From: a virus
Virus record (IMG/VR): IMGVR_UViG_3300025168_013179
Span: 1-64,000 of that record
Strand: one strand, 5' to 3'
Length of the DNA stretch: 64,000 nt
Below the pieces are notes generated by a model, which did no database searches, was not told where the DNA came from, and saw only the letters and a program-made list of their open reading frames with translations. Positions 9,528 through 17,968 of this stretch are shown here, piece after piece (the stretch's first letter is position 1; each line of letters starts with the position of its first letter). The position numbers and the translations under genes were made by a program.

Positions 9528-9976
9528 ATTATACCCTATATAGAAACTTAATTAGTCATGAGTTCTGTGATAGAATAGCTGAAAGCTTTAAGGATAACTA
9601 CATAGGTGTACCTCATGATATTGGTGATTGGCATCGAATAAACAAAGATCCCCTATATACGGAAATTCTTGAAATTTTTTCTCCCGTGATTCCCCATACT
9701 TATACCGTAAAGCAGATACATGTAAGTGAATACAAAAAAGGAGATAACTTAAGCAGCCATATAGACCCTAACTCAAATCTAACCGTAGTATCGGAAATCA
9801 GTAGTGCCGCTAGAGGAGGACGCTTTATAATCAATAAAGACACCTATATAGAGTTAAATAAAGGTGATGTGGTGACACTCAATGGCAGTAAGACAAAACA
9901 CGGTGTGGAGACAATAGAGGAAGGAAGTAGACTATCATTGAACATATGGATGCAATTGAATAGAGGACTATTATAA
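9512..9976 (+). CDS. 2OG-Fe(II) oxygenase
   Basis: 'Y.KGD.L..HID', 'GGRF', 'HGV..I.EGSRLSL'. Confidence 0.85.
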   Translation: MEVFLDYTLYRNLISHEFCDRIAESFKDNYIGVPHDIGDWHRINKDPLYTEILEIFSPVIPHTYTVKQIHVSEYKKGDNLSSHIDPNSNLTVVSEISSAARGGRFIINKDTYIELNKGDVVTLNGSKTKHGVETIEEGSRLSLNIWMQLNRGLL

Positions 9977-10123
9977 CAATATATAAATATATATTACTAT
10001 ATACTCAAATTCTATAAGATTTATAACCACAGGTATAGCATAAATATAGCACGTTACCAACCCGTTAGGGAACTATACCGGCACTGTTACGGCAAGGTGA
10101 GGTCAAGGTGATGTCTACCTGCC

Positions 10124-10315
10124 CTACTTTTTCTTGGATGTAATTTGTATTATAGCTCCTATAGCTACTAATGAGAAGAGAATTGTATGGAAAGGATTAG
10201 CCATTACTAGCCATAGTATGTATACCAGTCCATGTACTATATGTACTGCCATATAGCCTATAAGGCCTACCAGTACTATAGATAGGCCTATTGTTAATAT
10301 GTTCTTATATGCCAT
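10124..10315 (-). CDS. Small two-TM membrane protein
   Basis: Hydrophobic 63 aa ORF. Confidence 0.55.
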   Translation of the reverse strand: MAYKNILTIGLSIVLVGLIGYMAVHIVHGLVYILWLVMANPFHTILFSLVAIGAIIQITSKKK

Positions 10316-10324
10316 AGATAGATA

Positions 10325-10606
10325 TTATATGTCTGATGACAACGTTAGAGGTACTAGTAATGTAGATGGTACTGATACCTTACCCATTGTAGCTGAGTCC
10401 ACTATGGCTTTACTACGATTGATCTTTACCACTCTACATACTTGACCCGATAGCTTCTTATGATCTACCATTACACTATCGCCAACGGCTAAGTCTAATA
10501 ATACATCCTTACCCTTCAAGTCTATGATGTTCGTTATACGTTTCCTTAATACTTTTAAGTCCTGGATAGACATTGCTCTTAACTCTGATGTTGATCTTAC
10601 GCTCAT
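10325..10606 (-). CDS. Small SH3/KOW-like early protein
   Basis: 'LAVGDSVMV...GQVCRVVKINRSKAIV'; consensus leader. Confidence 0.55.
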   Translation of the reverse strand: MSVRSTSELRAMSIQDLKVLRKRITNIIDLKGKDVLLDLAVGDSVMVDHKKLSGQVCRVVKINRSKAIVDSATMGKVSVPSTLLVPLTLSSDI

Positions 10607-10635
10607 AACCTTTATTTGTTTTAATTATTATACCT

Positions 10636-10667
10636 TAATATAAGAAGAATAACTCGGGTAGCCAACT
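10636..10667 (-). promoter_or_regulatory. Early promoter AGTTG-N17-TCTTATATTA
   Basis: Recurrent consensus followed by AGGTATAATAA...AAAGGTTATG. Confidence 0.75.
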
Positions 10668-11101
10668 TATTTATGCTTATTCCGGTATTCGGACCGTTAC
10701 CCTATATTAGGTACATTCATCGTTACCAACTATTTACATGGTTATTTTCCGGTAAAAAACAGTACATTATTCACATTTCAAGCTTCTATATAGGAAAGAA
10801 ATAAAATAGACACACAGGTCTCTCTACTATTAATTACGTTTCACACACATCACCTATGTCCTATTCTATACATTATATATGTTTATATGTCTATATCTAT
10901 ATATCATTATATACTTATATGTTCTCTTCTATACTTATACCTTATAAGAGGTTAGTACCCCATTGTCTACATTATATAGCTTATCTCTCCTATGTTATCT
11001 ATTGTAAATGGTATCTATGTCTAGCCTCAGCCTTACACTACCTCAGCCACATTGTCATATATGGCCATATGCTATAGGATGGTTGGAAGAATCATATGAA
11101 C

Positions 11102-11153
11102 GTTAGTGAAATATGCGCGTGGCACCTTCGGTGGAGAGAGATCACCCCCCCTC
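11102..11153 (-). repeat. GC-rich GAA-triloop hairpin element, copy A
   Basis: Minus strand: GGGTGATCTCTCTC-CACC GAA GGTG-CCACGCGCATATTTCACTAAC. Confidence 0.85.
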
Positions 11154-11757
11154 ATTCATAAGCTCTCGGCGAGGGCATGCCTGCATACGAACACCAATCC
11201 GGATCATCATACTGTCCCTTAAACCAATTCTTATACTCGGTAAGGTTCCATTGCTTACCCTCTAGCTTACAATACTGTTCGAAGTCTTGTTGATTAACCT
11301 CATACCCCCAATGTAATAATGATTGTTGTATCCTAGGTGATACATTCCAATTGCCTGTCTCTATCATTCTCTTATAGATCCTCTTCCTCCATCTACCGTT
11401 AACACCACAAAAGTCTTGCCATCGTCTAATCTGCCTATCGTCGTCTGGATGCCTTCTACCACTGGAGTACTTACAATACCATTCAAACCAACCATATGGA
11501 TCATCTTCATGCATCCATTTCATATCGCACCAATACTTATAGTCCATCCCACTCCTTACTTTATACTTATTCTTCTTAGGAGAGTACTTCTCTCCCTCGT
11601 ATAAGCTTCTATCTAACCCATCGAAATGGTATTTGAATAGTTGACAGTATTGAGTATCACCGCTTAGGTTCTCTTCTCCGAAGTAACTTCCTCCGAAAGC
11701 ACCTCTCTCTATCATCTCTCTAGGAGTTAATATAGGATAGAAGTCTAACTTACTCAT
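11152..11757 (-). CDS. Conserved uncharacterised protein of a family also seen in giant viruses and eukaryotes
   Basis: 'P.LTP.EM...G.FGG.YF', 'DPYGWF.WYC.Y..GRR..DD.RQI.RW', 'SPRI.Q.LLHW' motifs, recalled from memory. Confidence 0.65.
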   Translation of the reverse strand: MSKLDFYPILTPREMIERGAFGGSYFGEENLSGDTQYCQLFKYHFDGLDRSLYEGEKYSPKKNKYKVRSGMDYKYWCDMKWMHEDDPYGWFEWYCKYSSGRRHPDDDRQIRRWQDFCGVNGRWRKRIYKRMIETGNWNVSPRIQQSLLHWGYEVNQQDFEQYCKLEGKQWNLTEYKNWFKGQYDDPDWCSYAGMPSPRAYE

Positions 11758-11918
11758 TACTTAGTTGAATTTGCGCGTGGCGACTTCGTCGAGAGAGGAG
11801 AAACGCCCTCACTCTCCCTCAAAGCCTCTATATCAAACCCCCACCCTTGCAGAGCTTGATCTAATTTAAATTGTTTATCATCCATCCAATGCCACTCACT
11901 TGTACTGTTTATTATCAT
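11757..11918 (-). CDS. Small hypothetical protein (53 aa) whose 3' end reads through repeat copy B
   Basis: AAAGGTTATG leader; MIINSTSEWHWMDD...SPRANSTK. Confidence 0.45.
   Translation of the reverse strand: MIINSTSEWHWMDDKQFKLDQALQGWGFDIEALRESEGVSPLSTKSPRANSTK
11761..11810 (-). repeat. GC-rich GAA-triloop hairpin element, copy B
   Basis: Minus strand: GAGGGCGTTTCTCCTCTCT-CGAC GAA GTCG-CCACGCGCAAATTCAACTAA. Confidence 0.85.
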
Positions 11919-11927
11919 AACCTTTAT

Positions 11928-12161
11928 TTATAAATTATACTTCTTTTTATATATCTCTTTAAAGCTCTTACCCACTCCTAGTGCTACTATCTCATCATAG
12001 TAAGCTATTCTACTGGATCGTTTAGTAATAAGTTTATCAGGACAGTTGAGATCTTTAAAGACTCTTAGCTTCATTCTACCTCTTTGTCCTTTAGTTACTA
12101 CATAGATTGGTATGATCTTCTTTACCATACCCATTGTATTAGTACAGATACTAATGAACAT
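11928..12161 (-). CDS. Small basic hypothetical protein (true start probably internal)
   Basis: ORF track; overlaps upstream small ORF. Confidence 0.5.
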   Translation of the reverse strand: MFISICTNTMGMVKKIIPIYVVTKGQRGRMKLRVFKDLNCPDKLITKRSSRIAYYDEIVALGVGKSFKEIYKKKYNL

Positions 12162-12259
12162 ACAGCAGCTGCAAAAGCTGTTAGCAGAATTAACTTCATT
12201 GAATCGGTTTCTTTTTCCGGAGATCGTCCTTGATTGGACCTATATTGTCTTTTTTTCAT
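12122..12259 (-). CDS. Small membrane protein (45 aa)
   Basis: MKKRQYRSNQGRSPEK...+TM; AAAGGTTATG leader; not in ORF track. Confidence 0.6.
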   Translation of the reverse strand: MKKRQYRSNQGRSPEKETDSMKLILLTAFAAAVCSLVSVLIQWVW

Positions 12260-12283
12260 AACCTTTATTTTTAAACTGTTTAC

Positions 12284-12409
12284 TTATGCAATATACCTAC
12301 TCTTGCTCTTCCATATCACTCTATTGGAGGTACTGAAGAACTTCTTTCTACGGGCATTAGCATAGTCTAATCTTAGACCTTTTTGGTCTGGCATCATATT
12401 ACTGTTCAT
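12284..12409 (-). CDS. Small basic peptide (41 aa)
   Basis: ATG overlaps upstream stop; MNSNMMPDQKGLRLDYANARRKK... Confidence 0.4.
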   Translation of the reverse strand: MNSNMMPDQKGLRLDYANARRKKFFSTSNRVIWKSKSRYIA

Positions 12410-12630
12410 TTATTCTTAATTAATGTTCTTTGAATCTTTAGATAACTCTTTAAAAGACTAAACTGTTTTAAAATAGTCTTATTGTTACCTATAAATAGGT
12501 CAGAAAACCTATTCTTAACCAAGTCTACATAGGTTTCTGCTTGTTTTAGATGTATCATATTATCGCAGCTAGTAATCACTTTTAAGCTTTTCTCTACTGC
12601 AATAAAGAAGTTAGTTCTCATATTTGTCAT
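12406..12630 (-). CDS. Hypothetical protein
   Basis: Coupled ORF. Confidence 0.55.
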   Translation of the reverse strand: MTNMRTNFFIAVEKSLKVITSCDNMIHLKQAETYVDLVKNRFSDLFIGNNKTILKQFSLLKSYLKIQRTLIKNK

Positions 12631-13529
12631 TATGCTGAAACTTTATTAGTTACTACATTCCATTTTATGGAAGTATTTGCAACAGAGTCTTCGATATTAC
12701 TAACTCTTACTCTATCTTCATGGTAAGTATGTAAGTATTCTACCATTTCCTCAGTCTTGTTATCCCATCTTCTTAGCACTCTTTCTATAGTAACATTACA
12801 AGACTTACCTGAATAAGACATTTTATCTACCTTCATTTTCTTTATACTACCGAAGCCATAATCATATCTTACCTGTAAATAAGGTAAATCTTTAGAGGTA
12901 AATTCCACTCCTTCTTTAAGATCTCTCATTAAAGTATCGGTTTTAAAGTTCTTTCTATCCTGTATTATCTTATCAACATCCTTTCTAAGTTCAGATAACT
13001 CACTATTTAGTTTATCAAACTTTGCTCTAGTCTTCTCATATATCTTATTGATTGCACCTAATATGTCATCTTGATGATCAATTATCATCATAGCTAATCT
13101 ACCGTTAAACATAAACCTATCTAAAGTAGCTTTATCATAATGCTCTGAGTAAGAAGATGAACCTAAGCCTATCTTAGTAAATCTAGCAGCTCCAGACTCT
13201 TGACCTCTCCAATCATTACCTTCTATGTATACAGTACATAATCTATTTCTAGAGTACTTTTTAACCGTAACATAGTCATTTTTCTTTTCATCCCATTCTT
13301 CTTTCTCAAACTCTTCACCTTTAGCACTTACTTCCATATAAGAAGTAGAGTTACTAAAATGAATATCTTCTAGATCAGTTTCAAGACCTTTAAAGAAAGA
13401 AGTAACCTCTGCTACTATCTCACTATCTCTTTTCTTCTCTAGTTCATTCTTCTTACTGAAGATTATTTCTTTAGCATCTTCTAGCTTAGTTTGTTTTTCG
13501 TTTAACGCATTAAATATTGAATCTGACAT
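12630..13529 (-). CDS. Hypothetical early protein with coiled coils
   Basis: 299 aa; consensus promoter and leader. Confidence 0.65.
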   Translation of the reverse strand: MSDSIFNALNEKQTKLEDAKEIIFSKKNELEKKRDSEIVAEVTSFFKGLETDLEDIHFSNSTSYMEVSAKGEEFEKEEWDEKKNDYVTVKKYSRNRLCTVYIEGNDWRGQESGAARFTKIGLGSSSYSEHYDKATLDRFMFNGRLAMMIIDHQDDILGAINKIYEKTRAKFDKLNSELSELRKDVDKIIQDRKNFKTDTLMRDLKEGVEFTSKDLPYLQVRYDYGFGSIKKMKVDKMSYSGKSCNVTIERVLRRWDNKTEEMVEYLHTYHEDRVRVSNIEDSVANTSIKWNVVTNKVSA

Positions 13530-13561
13530 AACCTTTATTTGTTTTAAATTATTTATACTAT

Positions 13562-13593
13562 AAATATAAGAATACTTCTCCGACTTTCCAACT
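13562..13593 (-). promoter_or_regulatory. Early promoter
   Basis: AGTTG-N17-TCTTATATTT. Confidence 0.7.
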
Positions 13594-13622
13594 GTTTCAC
13601 TAGTTATTTCCTAAGAAAGTTA

Positions 13623-13859
13623 CTACCTTCTAACTTTATGGAGATTACTACCCCATCCAGTTCTTCTATCCATCGAAGCTATATCCTTAGCTACTTCTGG
13701 ATCTTTAATTACTTCTGTTTCACAATAATCAGTTTTACCTGAAATGATACTCCTAACGTACCACTTACTAGAAGTAGAGCAGCTAACACAAGTTTTAGTA
13801 CCCGGTATAGCTTTAACCCTCAACGGATTTATAGTCTCATTACATTTGATACAGTTCAT
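13623..13859 (-). CDS. DksA/TraR-type C4 zinc-finger protein
   Basis: 'CIKCNETINPLRVKAIPGTKTCVSC'. Confidence 0.75.
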   Translation of the reverse strand: MNCIKCNETINPLRVKAIPGTKTCVSCSTSSKWYVRSIISGKTDYCETEVIKDPEVAKDIASMDRRTGWGSNLHKVRR

Positions 13860-13860
13860 A

Positions 13861-14097
13861 CTAAAATGGTAATGGTTCGTCCTTTTTTTCTTTAGGAGTA
13901 AATGTTGGATTATCTAACTTACGATAATATGTTGAAGCAAACGGCTGTTCACCAATCTCTTTAACCTCTACATTCTGAGAGTGTCTTCTATTATCTATTG
14001 ATAATCTTAAATCATTAGCACGTTTCTTAGCCATATAATCATTATCGGCGTAAACATACATTTCCATAGTAACAACGTATCTTTTATTTTCGCTCAT
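13861..14097 (-). CDS. Hypothetical protein (C-terminal acidic-LPF tail)
   Basis: Ends 'DEPLPF', resembling an SSB-type tail. Confidence 0.5.
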   Translation of the reverse strand: MSENKRYVVTMEMYVYADNDYMAKKRANDLRLSIDNRRHSQNVEVKEIGEQPFASTYYRKLDNPTFTPKEKKDEPLPF

Positions 14098-14107
14098 ATT
14101 TTTAATT

Positions 14108-14305
14108 TTAGTAAAACATTCTATTCCAAGTCAACCAAGATGGTTCACTTACTTTCTGAGTACCTCTTAGAACGATACATCTATTACCATCCTCACTCAC
14201 ATCCACTAATGTATTATCTCCACAGTAGTCAGAACCAATTGCAGCTCTTAACTCATCAATCTTACCTAAACCATCCATCTCATCTTGAATACTTAAATTT
14301 ATCAT
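14108..14305 (-). CDS. Small early hypothetical protein
   Basis: Consensus promoter and leader. Confidence 0.6.
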   Translation of the reverse strand: MINLSIQDEMDGLGKIDELRAAIGSDYCGDNTLVDVSEDGNRCIVLRGTQKVSEPSWLTWNRMFY

Positions 14306-14333
14306 AACCTTTATTGTTTTAATTATTATACCT

Positions 14334-14365
14334 TAATATAAGAATAATACCTCGGGGAGGCAACT
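14334..14365 (-). promoter_or_regulatory. Early promoter
   Basis: AGTTG-N17-TCTTATATTA. Confidence 0.75.
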
Positions 14366-14389
14366 AGTTACTAAGTTATTTTTACTTAA

Positions 14390-14605
14390 TTAACTAATGT
14401 ATAGACTATTTGATTCAAACGTATCTTCATGAACCGTAACTTTATCATCCGCATAAGCTATCATTCCAATACCATCAGTATCTATTTGGTATTTATTCAT
14501 ACCTAAATAGGCAATTAGTTTAGCTGGACGATTAACTAGCTCACCATTGTGAGTTAATCCTTCCATGTAGAAAATGTCGTTTACTTTTAAATCTTTAATT
14601 GTCAT
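14390..14605 (-). CDS. Small early hypothetical protein
   Basis: 'MTIKDLKVNDIF'; consensus promoter and leader. Confidence 0.6.
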   Translation of the reverse strand: MTIKDLKVNDIFYMEGLTHNGELVNRPAKLIAYLGMNKYQIDTDGIGMIAYADDKVTVHEDTFESNSLYIS

Positions 14606-14639
14606 AACCTTTATTTTTATTTACTTATTAATTATACCT

Positions 14640-14670
14640 TAATATAAGAAGAATATCTCGGGGAGGCAAC
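14640..14670 (-). promoter_or_regulatory. Early promoter
   Basis: AGTTG-N16-TCTTATATTA. Confidence 0.7.
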
Positions 14671-14673
14671 TAT

Positions 14674-15003
14674 TTACAGTGAAAAGCTTTCACCACATCC
14701 ACACGTTCTATTTGCATTAGGATTGTTAAATACAAAACCTTTTCCATTTAATCCACCTGAGAATTCAAGGATAGTTCCTATAAGGTATAGAAAACTCTTA
14801 TTATCGACAATGATCTTTATACCATTGTCTTCATATACCTTATCGCTTTCCTCCATTTTACTATCAAAGTTTAAATCATATGAGAGACCAGAGCATCCTC
14901 CACTCTTAACTCCTACTCTAACGTAATCGTTTATGTGGCTAAGTCCATCTGCCTCCATAAGTTTAATTACTTCAGATTTAGCTTGTTCTGAGACTTTAAT
15001 CAT
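14674..15003 (-). CDS. iscA: Iron-sulfur cluster assembly A-type carrier (HesB/IscA)
   Basis: 'GGCSGLSY' and 'NPNANRTCGCGESFSL'. Confidence 0.95.
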   Translation of the reverse strand: MIKVSEQAKSEVIKLMEADGLSHINDYVRVGVKSGGCSGLSYDLNFDSKMEESDKVYEDNGIKIIVDNKSFLYLIGTILEFSGGLNGKGFVFNNPNANRTCGCGESFSL

Positions 15004-15010
15004 TTCTCTA

Positions 15011-15376
15011 TCATTCTTTCCAGTATGCTTGAATAAATATAATAGAAAAGCAAAGAAATAACTGTGCTCCTATCTTCCAAGTAAACGGTTCTTTAAAGTA
15101 GTACTGAATGAGTATGGCATAGCATATCATACCTAATGAAAAGCCTACGAATCTAGCTCCCCATATAGAACCTCCGTAACCTATCATGTTATACTTAGTA
15201 GCAGTCATAAATAAGTACGTAAGGGGAATAGCTAGTACATACCAACCCCACCAAGTCTCATCAAGTTTTGGATATTTAAATTGAAAATTGTGTTGATACC
15301 AAGCACCTACTTGACCTAAGATAGTCATAATAAGCCCTAATCCAATATAATACCAATTTAATTCACCTTTAGGCAT
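15011..15376 (-). CDS. Four-TM membrane protein (SMR/DMT-like size)
   Basis: Four hydrophobic segments in 121 aa. Confidence 0.55.
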   Translation of the reverse strand: MPKGELNWYYIGLGLIMTILGQVGAWYQHNFQFKYPKLDETWWGWYVLAIPLTYLFMTATKYNMIGYGGSIWGARFVGFSLGMICYAILIQYYFKEPFTWKIGAQLFLCFSIIFIQAYWKE

Positions 15377-15557
15377 AACAGGTGATTTTCTCGCTTTTAT
15401 CTAGTTTAATCAGATTTCTAACGATGACTTTACCGTAAGGTTTTTTAGATACCTTTTCATATCTATCTCTATCCAACATAATGTGGTAACCATCTATAAT
15501 GGAATCAGAGATTTTAGATGTAAGCTTAGAAGCTTTAACGTAATAACTATTTTTCAT
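15369..15557 (-). CDS. Small hypothetical protein
   Basis: ORF with promoter -7 box at 15578-15587. Confidence 0.5.
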   Translation of the reverse strand: MKNSYYVKASKLTSKISDSIIDGYHIMLDRDRYEKVSKKPYGKVIVRNLIKLDKSEKITCYA

Positions 15558-15622
15558 ATCATAACTTTTATTAATTATAATATAAGAAAATAATAGGTAA
15601 GAACCTAATTAAAACGGTAATA

Positions 15623-15778
15623 TTAATGTTTAGCTTTAACTGCTGCTATAAATTGACTAAAGATAGAGTTAATAGTAGATTTCTCACTATCAGAAGCTAC
15701 TCTTTTGGTTCCTGAGTATGCTGCTTCTTTGTTTTCTTTTGATCTATATGTTAGCCCAGCTATATCTGATTTTTGCAT
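15623..15778 (-). CDS. Small protein (51 aa), last gene of Hint operon
   Basis: MQKSDIAGLTYRSKENKEAAYSGTKRVASDSEKSTINSIFSQFIAAVKAKH; ATG 3 nt after upstream stop; not in ORF track. Confidence 0.65.
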   Translation of the reverse strand: MQKSDIAGLTYRSKENKEAAYSGTKRVASDSEKSTINSIFSQFIAAVKAKH

Positions 15779-15781
15779 AAT

Positions 15782-16159
15782 TTACTCTTCGTTTCTATTA
15801 ATAATCGAATCTCCATGAGCTCCTATTCCTTCTACATAGAAATGATTAGAAGTTTTAATATTATATAGTTTGTCTACTAATACATACTTACCTGTTATAT
15901 GCACATTATCTTCAGATTTTACCCAAGCTCCCTCCAACCATAAAGGATGGTCTCCAGTTACTTTAAAAACACCATAATCATACATTAGTATAGTATCGTT
16001 AATCTCATATACATGCTTTTCTAGTACTACTGAACCATGCTTTCTATCGTGAGATAAGAGTTTGTCACCTACTTTAACATCTTCTATATTCTTATGTTCC
16101 CTGAAGCCTAATGCAACTTTAGCTCCTGACATAAAACAGTTATAATTTTTAGTTTTCAT
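15782..16159 (-). CDS. Stand-alone Hint (hedgehog/intein-like) domain protein
   Basis: Block A 'CFMSGAKV', 'KNIEDVKVGD', block B 'VTGDHPLW', block F/G 'LYNIKTSNHFYVEGIGAHG'. Confidence 0.85.
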   Translation of the reverse strand: MKTKNYNCFMSGAKVALGFREHKNIEDVKVGDKLLSHDRKHGSVVLEKHVYEINDTILMYDYGVFKVTGDHPLWLEGAWVKSEDNVHITGKYVLVDKLYNIKTSNHFYVEGIGAHGDSIINRNEE

Positions 16160-16160
16160 A

Positions 16161-17951
16161 TTATATTAAATTTATGTTTCTTTTTTGTTTATTTCCTATT
16201 ATTGTAGTATACCCTTCTATATCTTTAACAACATTAAGTTCATTATGAGTAGTACCTGATGCAGGAATACCTTCTAGAATAAAATTGTCTTTAGTTTTTA
16301 AATTGTATAAACTTTTGACATACATAACTTTAGACTCCCAACCTAACTGCTCAGCATTACTCCATTCTCCATTAATAAATAACGGATGAGAATTGGTAAC
16401 TGTAATTTTACCGTTAGTATACATTTCAGTCATTTGATTAACATTATATATGTAAGTATCTTCTACTAAGCAATTCGTTCCGTTTTTTGTTAATACGTTG
16501 TCTCCTACTACGATATCCTGTATCTCTTTAAAACTTCCATCAGCCATAGTAACTCTACTTCCTGGCATAAAACATTTTCCTTTGTTATTGTGAAAAGCAA
16601 AGAAGAAAGGAGTATTTCCAGTAACAATATTATCAGTAGGTTCCAAGTTAACTGAGTTAAATGATCCTGTAGGAGTACTAAGGACTATCATTTTGTTTTC
16701 TTCTATATTTACTATGTTATTATTAATATCTATTAAGTAAATATCATCTTCTTCAATTTCACTGATAGCTCTAAATTTTATTTTATCTGAACCTGAGTCA
16801 TAAGATAGTACTGAAGTAGTAGGTCCTAAGTAGAACTTTTCATCAACACCTGACATTTTTAAACCGTAAATTATTCCTTCTGAAGCAGGATAAGAATCTA
16901 AATTAGAAACTACTGATGAACCGGTTATTTTTGATCCAGCAGGCCATACACTTCCAGTAATTTCGTATGAACTAAAAACAGTAGCATCATCTGTATCAGG
17001 CATACCTTCTACATGAAAAGATTTTAATACTTTTCCTATTGCTACATCTTCAAAAGCTAAATCTGCTCCAGAAGAAGATATGAAATGCTCTGTGCTGAAT
17101 AATCCTTCTCTTCTTTTAACTGACTTTACTATGCTTGTTGAAAATTCATAATGATGTTTAATACTAAGATCAGTATTAGAAGACATAGCTGTTATATCTA
17201 CCTGACTAGTTGTAGGAAGAGTAAATTTAGCATAACATATGCTTGTGCCTAAATTTAAAATATCTAAGTCAGATCCATAAGCTATAGAATAGTTTCTATA
17301 ACTCCAAGCTACGTTATCTGTAATAGATTCATCACTGATTTCATATGAGGATAGATATGCACTTCCGGTTAAACCTGATTTAGCAGTACTCCAGTTAGAT
17401 ACTTTCTTAAAACTGACATCGCTAGGCCATATTTTATTTTTAATTACTGCGTTAGGAACATTTTCAGAATAAGCATCTGTATTAATAGTATCGTAAGTTG
17501 TAGATCCAGATACTGCATAGAAAGGCACAATAGAACCCGAATGTCCAGCATCATGCATTAACTGTAATGGAGCAAAGGAATCTGCACAGTAAGTAGAATC
17601 TATTATAGCATTTTCGTTATAAGCTAATCTTAAAATAAATCTTTCAGAAGAATCGTCTATAGCATCAGGATAAATGTCGTTTAATCCAACCATAGACTGA
17701 CTAATAGAAACATCGGGTAACTGAACAGTCATTTTATCTACAAGATTACTTATAGATAGAATATGTAGTTCAGGTTTATAAACAAGAGTTAGATTAGTAT
17801 AAGACCCTGAAATAGCATCTACAAGAGGTTGCCAATTAAATTCATTGTCTAATATATCATCGTAAATAACTGTATCGGTATTGGTTTCTATTAACCTAAT
17901 GCTATTATCTCTAGCTTTGACATAGTCACTAGATATTAAAGTTCCTTTCAT
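16161..17951 (-). CDS. Circularly permuted ATP-grasp-like domain fused to two tandem Hint domains
   Basis: N-term 'SSDYV...IRLIETNTD', 'PNAVIK'; degenerate Hint ~aa283-455 ending 'FHN'; Hint from Cys460 'CFMPGSRVTMADG...TNSHPLF...LYNLKT'. Confidence 0.7.
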   Translation of the reverse strand: MKGTLISSDYVKARDNSIRLIETNTDTVIYDDILDNEFNWQPLVDAISGSYTNLTLVYKPELHILSISNLVDKMTVQLPDVSISQSMVGLNDIYPDAIDDSSERFILRLAYNENAIIDSTYCADSFAPLQLMHDAGHSGSIVPFYAVSGSTTYDTINTDAYSENVPNAVIKNKIWPSDVSFKKVSNWSTAKSGLTGSAYLSSYEISDESITDNVAWSYRNYSIAYGSDLDILNLGTSICYAKFTLPTTSQVDITAMSSNTDLSIKHHYEFSTSIVKSVKRREGLFSTEHFISSSGADLAFEDVAIGKVLKSFHVEGMPDTDDATVFSSYEITGSVWPAGSKITGSSVVSNLDSYPASEGIIYGLKMSGVDEKFYLGPTTSVLSYDSGSDKIKFRAISEIEEDDIYLIDINNNIVNIEENKMIVLSTPTGSFNSVNLEPTDNIVTGNTPFFFAFHNNKGKCFMPGSRVTMADGSFKEIQDIVVGDNVLTKNGTNCLVEDTYIYNVNQMTEMYTNGKITVTNSHPLFINGEWSNAEQLGWESKVMYVKSLYNLKTKDNFILEGIPASGTTHNELNVVKDIEGYTTIIGNKQKRNINLI

Positions 17952-17968
17952 ACTTAAAATGCTTTATT

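Noticed and set aside
10856-11077. 73-aa Tyr/Ile-rich plus-strand ORF
   Set aside because: Product of low-complexity TA-rich DNA; no consensus promoter or leader
11102-11810. GC-rich repeats as CRISPR repeats or integron attC sites
   Set aside because: Only dispersed copies with no regular spacers; no GTTRRRY/RYYYAAC paired ends and no integrase or cas operon in the window
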